Shown here in pieces: positions 38,879 through 47,675 of a DNA stretch of 64,000 nt; the stretch's first letter is position 1, and every line of letters begins with the position of its first letter. The position numbers and the translations under genes were made by a program. This DNA comes from Polyangiaceae bacterium (lineage in GTDB: Bacteria > Myxococcota_A > Polyangia > Polyangiales > Polyangiaceae). Location of the stretch: positions 3,264,001 to 3,328,000 of the forward strand of contig CBDCTZ010000016.1 of the NCBI GenBank assembly GCA_965222375.1, read 5' to 3'. The notes below the pieces were generated by a model that searched no databases, was not told where the DNA came from, and saw only the letters and a list, made by a program, of their open reading frames with translations.

Positions 38879-38937
38879 GTGGGGGGGCTCGGGGTTGCGG
38901 AAAAAGTGCTGTCGGAGTTGCCGCGACGCCCTTGGTG

Positions 38938-40074
38938 CTATTTCAGGTTCGCGCAGCAGCGGAAGCCTTGGTCGTAGCGCACGTAGTAGGGGCCGTGGCC
39001 TCGGGTCTGAGGGCGACAGCGTTGGCGGGCGGGGCCCCAATGGCCGCCCTTCATGATCATCGGGTAGCCGCCACGACGCACGCTGCTGGTCCATTCGTCC
39101 ACGTTGCCGGTCATGTCCATGACGCCGTAAGGGCTCTTGCAACGCGGGGATTCGCCTGAGCGTTTGCCATGCCAGGCGAAATCGATGCCACGAGCGGTGC
39201 GTCGGATCGTGCGGGGGCTGAAGGTGTTCTTAGGTGCGCCGGCTTTCAGGATGTCGATGCGGCAGGCGCTCTTGTCGCGCTCGTAACCGTACGGATACGG
39301 CTTGCCCTCTTCGCCCTCGCAGGCCAGCGTCCATTCGCTTTCGGTGCAGATGCGCTTGTCCAGCTTTTCGCAGAAGCGCTTTGCTTCGGAGAAGGTCACC
39401 ACGACCAGCGGTGCCTCGCCGTAAGCGTTTGGGAACTCGTAGCGATCGATGCAAAAATCGAGGCGCTTGCGCGGCAGGTCTTTGGACAGCTCGAGCCATC
39501 TGGCGCGGTCGAAGCTGCTACACAGGGCGTACGTCCCGCGGCTTGCGGTCAGAAAGTGCGTGCAAGCTCGGTTTTGCAGCAGCTGAACCGCGTCGGTGGT
39601 CTCCCGGGAGCGGGCGTCTAGTAGCAGGCCGCCGGAAACGCGGAGCATGCCCGCTGGGCAGCCCTTCGCTTCGACCGCCGGCTCAGCTGGCAGTGGTGGC
39701 GATGACTCTGTGGCCGCCTGCCAACTCAGCCCCTCGACTTGTCGCCATGCGAAACGCTTCTCTCGATACGTCTGGGTGAACGAGAACCCCAGCGCGAGCA
39801 AGCGGGGGCGCTTTTCGACGGCAACCTTGGGCGCCGTCGGCGGCTGGACAGTTGCAGACACAGGCGGTGTGCCGGTCGATTCCGGTGCGGACTTGACGAG
39901 TGCAGGCGGTGCGCCGGTCGATTCCGGTGCGGATTTGACGAGTGCAGCCGAGCGCACCGCGGAGGGCGTGGGCTTGTCGGCGTTCCGGTCACACGCCCAA
40001 GCACAGGCGCAAAGCGCCAGCAGTGCGACCGCCGCTCTCGGGTTCACTATCACCTGTCTGAAAACGCAGCCCAC
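38938..40074 (-). CDS. FGE-sulfatase (SUMF1/EgtB/PvdO-like) domain lipoprotein
   Basis: CPAGM, FCIDRYEFPN, KRICTESEW..AC, YPYG, SPYGV.DM.GNV.EW and GFRCC. Lipobox CAWAC. Start uncertain. Confidence 0.85.
   Translation of the reverse strand: MGCVFRQVIVNPRAAVALLALCACAWACDRNADKPTPSAVRSAALVKSAPESTGAPPALVKSAPESTGTPPVSATVQPPTAPKVAVEKRPRLLALGFSFTQTYREKRFAWRQVEGLSWQAATESSPPLPAEPAVEAKGCPAGMLRVSGGLLLDARSRETTDAVQLLQNRACTHFLTASRGTYALCSSFDRARWLELSKDLPRKRLDFCIDRYEFPNAYGEAPLVVVTFSEAKRFCEKLDKRICTESEWTLACEGEEGKPYPYGYERDKSACRIDILKAGAPKNTFSPRTIRRTARGIDFAWHGKRSGESPRCKSPYGVMDMTGNVDEWTSSVRRGGYPMIMKGGHWGPARQRCRPQTRGHGPYYVRYDQGFRCCANLK
39861..39944. repeat. 42-bp in-frame tandem duplication (ALVKSAPESTG[A/T]PP x2)
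   Basis: 39861-39902 and 39903-39944 match at 40/42. Confidence 0.9.
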
Positions 40075-40220
40075 CTCGAGCCTACTCCCGAACGTACGCC
40101 AAAGCGTGACGCATGCACGCGGGTTGTGCGGTATGGAACTTCGCTCGCGAAGCGTTTACGGCCTCGGAGCTGTGACCTGCGGCCGTGGTTCGAGGTGTCT
40201 GACACCTGCTGGCAGCGTCG

Positions 40221-42407
40221 CTAGCGTAGCGGGTGAACATGAACCGGGCGTCGTTCACGGGCGCAGTGGATGCTGTCTTGTTCGCAGCGGCGGCCCTGTG
40301 CGGCTGCGCTGTCGGCTTCGCGGTGGCCTAGGTACGCGCGCAAAGCGTTGTCGGCTGATGGTGCTTTCAGGCCTGCGAGACTGAGGGCCTGAACTCGCAA
40401 TAGGGGTTCGCTGCGCGGCGCGCTGACGAGCCCGCTGCGTGCCGCGGCCAGGGCCTGCTCATGCTTACCCACGCTGCCGAGCGCCATTGCGTAGCGCGCC
40501 CAAAGTCCATCATCCCGGGGCGACGCCCGGGCCGCGAGCCTCAATGGTGTCAGCGCCTGATCGAAGCGCCAGACCTGCGCCAGCGCTTCCCCGCGGATGC
40601 GCTGAACCACGGGGTGAAGCTGATCGGGAAGCTTCGAGAGCGCGGCTAGTGCGTCTGCTGTGCGCCCCTGGCGAGCGAACAGCGCAGCCAAGGCTAGGCG
40701 GCTTTGGGCAGCGACTCCGCGACTGCCGTCGCGCTCCGCCGCCTCCAGGGCGGTCTTCAGTACAGCTTCGGCACGCGGTAGCTGCTCTTGAACGTCTGCG
40801 AGCAAGGCACGCCCATAGGCATACAGCCGCGCGGACGTTTTCGCGTCAGCAGCCGCGACCTGCGCCGCGCCAATCCTTGCCTCCGCGGTCGCGATGACGG
40901 TCACGGGCTGCGGCGCGCAAGGATCCAATACGTTCCGGAGGGCCTTCCTTGCTGCCGCGGCATACGCTTGCCCTCTGCTCCCATTTGCCTCGCGACAGGC
41001 GGCGTCCTGCATCGGCCGGTCACGGCTCCGATGGCGCAGGGCCGCCTTCACGACCAAGTGTGAGTCGACGAGGCTGGCGTCGTCTGGCAACGCGAAGGCG
41101 AAGCGGACGACCCGAGCTTCCCGCGGCCCCAGTGTGTGGTCGAAAGCCACGCTGCGAAACTCGTGAGTCGCGTGGGCCCGCACCTCTCTGCCGCTCTCAT
41201 TCACGATCGACGCACGGAGGCGATGGGCGCTCGGTTCTTCCCGCCCACCGTGCTGGGCGCCCGACGCCGCGAGCACTGCACCGTCTGCGGAAAACACGCG
41301 AACGTCCAGCCAGGTGTCCTGAACGTCCCGCACGCCGCCCGGGAAATTATGGCCGACGCGGAGGTTCTCGAGTACCAGGTCGAGGACGAGTGTGCGTCCG
41401 GGAGAAAGCGCAACCGCGAGATCCGGCAGCAGAGCTTGCTGCCCATCGACCGTGGCTGCTGCGATATCGAGTCGCGCAGCGCCGACGAGGAATCGCTGTG
41501 CTTCGGAGAGTCGCTTGGCGTCGTCTCGCATCGCTTGCAGCCAGGTGTGGCCACCGGGGAAGAAATGCGAGGCCACTCGGCCATTCTTTGCGGCGGGGTC
41601 GACGGAGGGCACTTGGGGCATATGGCAATCGGTGCAGCTCTTCTGGGTGACGCTATCCAGCAGCTGCCCGTGGCTGCCCGCGTAGGGCGAGCGCGCCCAG
41701 GGGCCAAAGTCGTCGGCTCCCGCAAGAAAGTGCGCGTTGCCGGAGTCGACCCCAAGAAATGCTCGGTGACAGCTGGCGCACAACTCGGCCTGGGCCAGAG
41801 CGTCGGTCCTTGCGGCTGCGCGGTGCTTTGCCCGCTGGTCAGGGCTATCCGTTTGAGGGATGAAAATGGGCGTGCGCTTCAGGCGGTAGCTGCCGTTGCC
41901 ATCCGCCGAAGCTTTGGCGATGCCGTGGCAGGTTCCGCAGCTCACGCCTGCGTGGGCTCGCGGGTCGCTTGGGTCAATCTTCTTGCTCATTGCGTTGTCA
42001 ACGAGCAGCGCGGGATCATGGCAGCCCCCGCACGCCAGGCTGGCCGACAGGGGCCGCTCAGTGCGCAGCGCCTCGACCGAGACGCGATAGATCGGGTTGT
42101 TGAACGAAGCGAAGGCGTGAGCGCTGGCTTGCCAGGCCTTCACGATGTCGGCGTGGCACGGAGCGCAGCGCTCGGGTTCGGAGAGGGCTGCACCGCTGAG
42201 CTGTGCGGGTGCGGCTACCAGCGCGGGCCATAAGCGAGCTTTCGTTTTGGGCAAGCGCGGCTGAGGGCGCTCGGTCCGCTGCGCGGTGGTCTTACTCGTG
42301 TGTGGCGGCGATTGCTGCGCGACCGAGTCGCCCTGGCCGCAACCCGCGAACGAGGCCAGCACCAGCGCGCCGCTCGCGGCCGCTCTCCATCTCCGCGTGC
42401 TGTTCAC
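40221..42407 (-). CDS. Pentaheme c-type cytochrome lipoprotein with C-terminal TPRs
   Basis: Five CxxCH motifs (CAPCH, CGGCH, CGTCH, CASCH, CTDCH), lipobox FAGC, VGHNFPGG and a TPR tail. GTG start overlaps the upstream stop. Confidence 0.85.
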   Translation of the reverse strand: MNSTRRWRAAASGALVLASFAGCGQGDSVAQQSPPHTSKTTAQRTERPQPRLPKTKARLWPALVAAPAQLSGAALSEPERCAPCHADIVKAWQASAHAFASFNNPIYRVSVEALRTERPLSASLACGGCHDPALLVDNAMSKKIDPSDPRAHAGVSCGTCHGIAKASADGNGSYRLKRTPIFIPQTDSPDQRAKHRAAARTDALAQAELCASCHRAFLGVDSGNAHFLAGADDFGPWARSPYAGSHGQLLDSVTQKSCTDCHMPQVPSVDPAAKNGRVASHFFPGGHTWLQAMRDDAKRLSEAQRFLVGAARLDIAAATVDGQQALLPDLAVALSPGRTLVLDLVLENLRVGHNFPGGVRDVQDTWLDVRVFSADGAVLAASGAQHGGREEPSAHRLRASIVNESGREVRAHATHEFRSVAFDHTLGPREARVVRFAFALPDDASLVDSHLVVKAALRHRSRDRPMQDAACREANGSRGQAYAAAARKALRNVLDPCAPQPVTVIATAEARIGAAQVAAADAKTSARLYAYGRALLADVQEQLPRAEAVLKTALEAAERDGSRGVAAQSRLALAALFARQGRTADALAALSKLPDQLHPVVQRIRGEALAQVWRFDQALTPLRLAARASPRDDGLWARYAMALGSVGKHEQALAAARSGLVSAPRSEPLLRVQALSLAGLKAPSADNALRAYLGHREADSAAAQGRRCEQDSIHCARERRPVHVHPLR

Positions 42408-44056
42408 GACCGTCGACGACGGCGTCGGATCCCCAGGGCTGCCAGCGCTGCAAACAGCGCCGCGAACGCGCCGCTTCGACCCGACATCGACTCGATGTGG
42501 CAGGCGCCGCATCCCGCGCGGCGTTCTTGGGGAACTCCGCCGGCGCTAGAAGCCGGCGCGGCCCGCGTCTTCGGTTTGGGCGTGGGCGTCGAGGGTACGT
42601 CCACCCGCGCGGGTGCGGAAACGCCGAGCTCCGTCAGATCTTTGGTGAGGAAGGTCGTTAGCTTGGCCTTTTTGGGCGGTGCAAATCCGAGGTTCGACGC
42701 TGCACGCGGCTGGGTGCTGCCCGACTCTCCCGCCGGCGGCCCACCCCATCGCCCCCGAATCGGGTTGTCACATTCGATCGGTCCCTTCCACGGGTGTCGA
42801 ATCGCGTAGCGGGCCTGGAAGTTGTTGACACCGGACGGCACTGAGCCTTGCTCGAGCTCTCGATCGGCGCCTCGCCGCTCGCGTCCGCCCGCGATCGGAG
42901 GCGCCGCGCGGAACACCAGATCTTCCCCCAAGCTGTCCTTCTTGTAGCGGGCATGCAACCGCGTCAGCACGAAGCCGCCGCCGCCCCAGAAGCGACGTGG
43001 AGGCCGACGCCTCCCGCGGGGGCCTGACCGGCCCGGAGGCGGGACGAGCCCCGGCTTTCCAACGGCGGACGGCAGGACATCTGCTCCCAGTGTCGCCAAG
43101 TCGTTGGGCCGAAGGGGCGGCGTCGGGCACGGATCGCAGCTACCCGCATCCCAGGAGTATTCGGTGATCACCGACTTGGGGCGCTTTTCCAGCACCTTGG
43201 CGAAGAGCGACGTGTAAAACGATCCGAATTGGTCGCGGGCGGCTTCGGCGACGTCGAGGTTCGTGGGGATCGTCACGTTTTCGTAGTTGGCAACTTCGTA
43301 GCGTTGGCCCTTGGCCAGAATGTGTACGATCAGATCCTGCTCGCCATTGGAGTTCAGCAAGCCCAAGCGCACTGGCAAACTGAAGTCCTTCGAGTCGTAG
43401 TGAAAGCGCAAGGGTGAAAGCACGACCTTGCCGTCTTCGAAGCGCACCTTCTTCACGTCGACCTTGGCGACAAAGAACTTCATCCCCTGCTGCACATAGG
43501 GGCGCAGTACAGGCTCGGCACCCTCGGGGATCTTGTACTTCTTGAGCCGCAGCCACTTGTCCAAGCCGCCGGAGTCCTTGGCGCTGAGTATCAGGATCTC
43601 GTATTCACCAACCTTGAACTGAGCCTCGATCTTCACTCCCAGACCAGCGCCGCTGCCCTTGGCTTTGGGGCGCGGCTTGGCGCCGGGGCGCGCCGCCATT
43701 GCCATCTTGCGGGGGTACTCCGGCGCGCATGGGTCCTTCTCCCAGTATTCTACCAACCTCGGCGCGGCGAGCTTGTCAACGCGATCGAACACCTCCCGGG
43801 GCAGCGTCTTGACGTTCTCCTTCTGCAACACGACCGGGACGGGAACCACCAAAGCAAAGTCTTTGGGTGGCCCTTCGTAGTTGTTTTGCATGTTGAGCAC
43901 GGTGAGCTTGCCGTCGCGCATCATCACCACCATGGTGGCGTTGTTGAACAACTCCGCATCGGCGCCGCTCACGTAAAAGCCGCAGAAAGCGTCGGCGTTC
44001 GCAGTCGCCCCCAATGCCGCGACCAGGGCTCCACCGAAAACTAGTCTCTTGAGCAT
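42404..44056 (-). CDS. DUF2330-domain protein with MYXO-CTERM-like tail
   Basis: ADA|FCGFYV, Y.G..KDFALVVPVP, APRLVEYWE.DPC and LTRLHARY. C-terminus has GCGAC, a TM helix and RRRRRR. Confidence 0.85.
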   Translation of the reverse strand: MLKRLVFGGALVAALGATANADAFCGFYVSGADAELFNNATMVVMMRDGKLTVLNMQNNYEGPPKDFALVVPVPVVLQKENVKTLPREVFDRVDKLAAPRLVEYWEKDPCAPEYPRKMAMAARPGAKPRPKAKGSGAGLGVKIEAQFKVGEYEILILSAKDSGGLDKWLRLKKYKIPEGAEPVLRPYVQQGMKFFVAKVDVKKVRFEDGKVVLSPLRFHYDSKDFSLPVRLGLLNSNGEQDLIVHILAKGQRYEVANYENVTIPTNLDVAEAARDQFGSFYTSLFAKVLEKRPKSVITEYSWDAGSCDPCPTPPLRPNDLATLGADVLPSAVGKPGLVPPPGRSGPRGRRRPPRRFWGGGGFVLTRLHARYKKDSLGEDLVFRAAPPIAGGRERRGADRELEQGSVPSGVNNFQARYAIRHPWKGPIECDNPIRGRWGGPPAGESGSTQPRAASNLGFAPPKKAKLTTFLTKDLTELGVSAPARVDVPSTPTPKPKTRAAPASSAGGVPQERRAGCGACHIESMSGRSGAFAALFAALAALGIRRRRRRS

Positions 44057-44186
44057 CACTTGGGCTGCATAACATGGCCGCCAGTGCGCCACGAGGCCCA
44101 GCGCGAGAGTAGTGGCCCAGTGCCGGGCAGCACCCCGTCGGGTATCTCGCAGCGGGTCACAAGCGCGTGGAACCGACCCAAAAAAA

Positions 44187-45665
44187 CTACTTCTTCACAA
44201 CGATGAAGAGTGTTGCGCCGCTTCGATGCACGAGGAGCAGTACGCGCTTCTTGGAGGCGCCGAACCTTGCGCGAAAGTCCGCTGGGTCTTTCACGGCTTT
44301 CCGATTCACTTGGAGAATCACATCGCCGGGGCGCAGGCCCGAGTGAGCGCCGGCGCTGCCGCGGTCGATGCCCGCGACGACGACGCCTTGTTTCACGTCC
44401 TTGCTGATTCGCAACTTGGCACGTGTCTTCGGCGTGAGTGCTTCGAGTTGAACGCCGCTCATGGCTCTCGAGTTGCTGGTGGAACCCGGGCGAGCGGCTT
44501 TGCGACGATCGTCGGGAACCTCGCCCAGAGAAACGTCAAAACTGCGCTTCTTGCCCTTGCGCAGCAGCTGGATTCGCACCTTCTTCTTGCCACCGGAGGC
44601 TGCGATGACGTTGCGCAGGCGGCCGGTGGAATCCACGACCTTGCCGTCGATGGCCAGGACCACGTCACCCCGGTCGAGGCCTGCCTTGGCGGCGGGGCCA
44701 CCCCGATGAACATCGGCGATCAAGACGCCCTTGGTGTCGGGGAGGTTGAGCGCTTCAGACAGTTCCTGATCGATATCTTGAATCGTGACGCCCAGCCAGC
44801 CGCGAACGACGCGACCCTGCTTGCGCAGGCTGTCCAGGATCGGCTTGGCCATGTTGCTTGGGATCGCAAAGCCGATGCCCTGGTAGCCGCCGCTGCGGGA
44901 GAGAATGGCTGTGTTGATGCCGATCAGGCGGCCCTCCATGTCGACGAGCGCGCCTCCCGAGTTGCCAGGGTTTATGGCGGCGTCGGTTTGGATGAAGTCC
45001 TCGTAGTCCACGATACCGACGTCGGCGCGCCCCTTTGCGGAGACGATCCCCATGGTCACGGTTTGCCCGACTCCAAAGGGGTTACCGATTGCGAGTACGA
45101 CGTCGCCCAGGCGGAGCCGCGATGAGTCGCCGAAGGAGAGAGGCTTCAGGTTGCCGCCCTTCACTCTTAATACCGCCAAGTCGCTCTTCTTGTCGCTGCC
45201 GACGATTTTGGCGATCAGCTCCTTCTTCTTGGAGGTCGTGATCTTGATCTCGTCAGCGTCGGCCACCACATGGTGATTCGTGACGATGGTGTCTTTGGCG
45301 ACGACGACGCCCGAGCCCAAGCCCTGTTGGCGAAACGGTCCCTGCCCGCCGGGCCCGAAAAAGCGATGAAAGAACGGATCTGAGCCCTGAGGCGCCCGCC
45401 GCAAACGTGTCGAGGAGATGCTGACCACCGACGGAAGCACGCGCTGCACGACGTCAGCGATGACGGCGGTGCCGCCGACCTTGGCGAGGCCGGGTGACGG
45501 AAGGACCTTCACGGGCTTTTCGGAGTTGCGAGCGCGTTCCGCGGTCGGCACGGAACTACCCCGCTCTGGCGCGGCAGGGCGCGCGCAAGACGGCGCTAGC
45601 GCCAGGGCAACTAGATACGCTCCGGCTCGAGGAGTTGGACGCTTCAGCAGTTCGACAACCCGCAT
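44187..45665 (-). CDS. HtrA/DegP/DegQ family serine endoprotease, two PDZ domains
   Basis: TNHHV, SDLAVL, IQTDAAINPGNSGGAL and two PDZ domains. Confidence 0.95.
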   Translation of the reverse strand: MRVVELLKRPTPRAGAYLVALALAPSCARPAAPERGSSVPTAERARNSEKPVKVLPSPGLAKVGGTAVIADVVQRVLPSVVSISSTRLRRAPQGSDPFFHRFFGPGGQGPFRQQGLGSGVVVAKDTIVTNHHVVADADEIKITTSKKKELIAKIVGSDKKSDLAVLRVKGGNLKPLSFGDSSRLRLGDVVLAIGNPFGVGQTVTMGIVSAKGRADVGIVDYEDFIQTDAAINPGNSGGALVDMEGRLIGINTAILSRSGGYQGIGFAIPSNMAKPILDSLRKQGRVVRGWLGVTIQDIDQELSEALNLPDTKGVLIADVHRGGPAAKAGLDRGDVVLAIDGKVVDSTGRLRNVIAASGGKKKVRIQLLRKGKKRSFDVSLGEVPDDRRKAARPGSTSNSRAMSGVQLEALTPKTRAKLRISKDVKQGVVVAGIDRGSAGAHSGLRPGDVILQVNRKAVKDPADFRARFGASKKRVLLLVHRSGATLFIVVKK

Positions 45666-45729
45666 GACTTAGGACCTTTTGGGCGTAACCGACGACTCTG
45701 GCCAGGCATTCCCGGACATCCGCGACTGC

Positions 45730-46794
45730 CTAGTCCGATAGACCCGCGACATAGTCCGCGATCTTGGCAATCGGTAGGGAGCGGGTCACCACTCCCGCGC
45801 GCACGGCGCTGCCTGGCATGCCGTAAATGACCGCCGTCTCCTCGCTTTCTGCCACCACGGTTCCACCCGCGTCGATGATGGCTCGCGCGCCCAGGACGCC
45901 GTCGTCGCCCATGCCGGTCAGGATGATGCCGATGGAGCGATCCCCGAAGACTCGTGCGACGCTGCGGAAAAGCCTGTCCGCGCTAGGGATGTAGCGGTCC
46001 GACTCCAAGGGCGTCAGCACGCGCAACCGCAATCTATCCGGGCTCTCGGGTTCGATTTCGATGCAGCGGCGGCCCGGGCAAATGAAACCGAATCCCGCGC
46101 CGACGATGGCGCCATCGTCGGCCTCGGATACTGCGATCTTGGCCCGCTTGTCCAAGCGCTGGGCGAAGGTCTTCGTGAACTTTTCGGGCATATGCTGCGC
46201 GACCAAGAGCGCGTTCGAGCACTCCTCGGGCAGCCGAGTGAAAATCTCGATCAGGGCGGTGGGGCCACCCGTGGACGATGCGATTGCAATCACGCGTTTA
46301 GGAGGTGTGAGTTCACGCACTTTGGGGGGCGGGATGGCGCTGAGTTTTGAGACGCTCTCCAAGCGCGGCCGGGCGTTTAGCGTACTAGGGCGCAAGCTGC
46401 GCACCGTCAGGACCTTGCTGATCAACTCGTCTCGGATGCCCGAGAGTTCCTGGGCGCTCCCTTTTTCGGGCTTTGCCACGAAGTCTAGGGCTCCCAGCTC
46501 CAGGGCTTTGAAGACGTTTTCTTTCTGGCTGTAGCTGGAAACGACGACGACTGGGGTCGGCTGACGACTCATCAAGATGCGTAGGAACGTGAAGCCGTCC
46601 ATCTTGGGCATCTCGAGATCCAAGGTGATGACATCTGGCCTGAGTAGAAGCGCAAGGCGCAGCGCTTCCTCTCCATCGGCTGCCTTGCCTACGACTTCGA
46701 CCTCGCTGCTCAATGACAGAGCGTCGGAGATGCTGCGGCGGTTGACGGCGGAATCATCCACGACCAAGACGCGAAGTCGTTCCGTAGTGGCCAT
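45730..46794 (-). CDS. cheB: Chemotaxis methylesterase response regulator CheB
   Basis: Receiver VDDS..TLDLEMP and catalytic SSTGGP, QHMP, LTGMGDDG. Confidence 0.95.
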   Translation of the reverse strand: MATTERLRVLVVDDSAVNRRSISDALSLSSEVEVVGKAADGEEALRLALLLRPDVITLDLEMPKMDGFTFLRILMSRQPTPVVVVSSYSQKENVFKALELGALDFVAKPEKGSAQELSGIRDELISKVLTVRSLRPSTLNARPRLESVSKLSAIPPPKVRELTPPKRVIAIASSTGGPTALIEIFTRLPEECSNALLVAQHMPEKFTKTFAQRLDKRAKIAVSEADDGAIVGAGFGFICPGRRCIEIEPESPDRLRLRVLTPLESDRYIPSADRLFRSVARVFGDRSIGIILTGMGDDGVLGARAIIDAGGTVVAESEETAVIYGMPGSAVRAGVVTRSLPIAKIADYVAGLSD

Positions 46795-46796
46795 GT

Positions 46797-47675
46797 CTAC
46801 TCTAGGTCCAGGTTCCCCGACGCAATGGGCTTGCGGTACACGAGGTCTTCCTTGAGGTGTACGAGTTCAAACGCGGTCGACACATTAATCAGAGATTCGG
46901 AGTGTCCGAGGAGCAGGTATCCGCCCGGCAGGAGGCGTTGGTAGAGATTGTCGATGACCCGCCGGCGCGAGCCAACATCGAAGTAGATCAGCACGTTTCG
47001 GCAGAAAACAACGTCAACTCGCCCGACGATGGCTGCTTTGTGTGCGTCCAGCAGGTTGACCTGGCCGAAGTGCGTGGATTTTCGCAGGTCTTGGTGGATG
47101 CGCCAGCCTCCGTCGACCTGCTCGAAGTAGCGCTTCCTGGTTTCCGGTGGAGTTGTGCGGAAGGAGGAATCGCGGTAGATCCCCCGCCGTGCTGCCGCGA
47201 CCGAGGACTTGGAGATGTCCGTCCCGATCACCCGGACGTCCCAACTGGCTAGTTGCTGCTGCTCCCGAGTCAGTATCGCCAGCGTGTACGCCTCTTCGCC
47301 CGTAGCGCAGCCCGCGCTCCAAATCGTAATGCTGCGCCTGGATTCGTTCTCCTGAATGAAGCGAGGCACGAGTTCATCCGTGAAGGCACGCAGCTGGTAG
47401 TCCTGGCGGAAAAAGTAGGTTTCCTTCGTCGTCAGTGCATCGATTGCCTCGTCCAATTCGGCCGCACCGCGCACGGCGAAGCGCAAGTGCTTGTAGTATT
47501 CCAGGAAGCCTGGCAGGTCGAGGGCCACCAGGCGTTCGCTGAGCCTTCTTTCGAAGGAGTACATGGCACCGTCGTCGAACACGAGCCCCGCGTGCTCGTT
47601 GATCAGATCGCGCAACAGGCGAAACTCCTCCGGACGCAGCCGCGCTCGAACTCCCGGTGTTCGCAGCAAGCTCAC
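46797..47675 (-). CDS. cheR: Chemotaxis methyltransferase CheR
   Basis: TTKETYFFR, IWSAGCATGEEAY, FCRNVLIYFD and LGHSES. Confidence 0.95.
   Translation of the reverse strand: MSLLRTPGVRARLRPEEFRLLRDLINEHAGLVFDDGAMYSFERRLSERLVALDLPGFLEYYKHLRFAVRGAAELDEAIDALTTKETYFFRQDYQLRAFTDELVPRFIQENESRRSITIWSAGCATGEEAYTLAILTREQQQLASWDVRVIGTDISKSSVAAARRGIYRDSSFRTTPPETRKRYFEQVDGGWRIHQDLRKSTHFGQVNLLDAHKAAIVGRVDVVFCRNVLIYFDVGSRRRVIDNLYQRLLPGGYLLLGHSESLINVSTAFELVHLKEDLVYRKPIASGNLDLE

Noticed and set aside
38470..38935. ORFs predicted across the intergenic repeat region
   Set aside because: Arg/Pro/Ala-rich translations in several frames that merely reflect the DNA repeat.
41136..42233. Long antisense or shadow ORFs (also 790..1761, 3991..4983, 5885..6883, 7765..8715, 25780..26847, 35965..36933, 44112..45125, 53753..54766)
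   Set aside because: They lie opposite well-supported genes and carry no motifs, as expected from high-GC codon bias.
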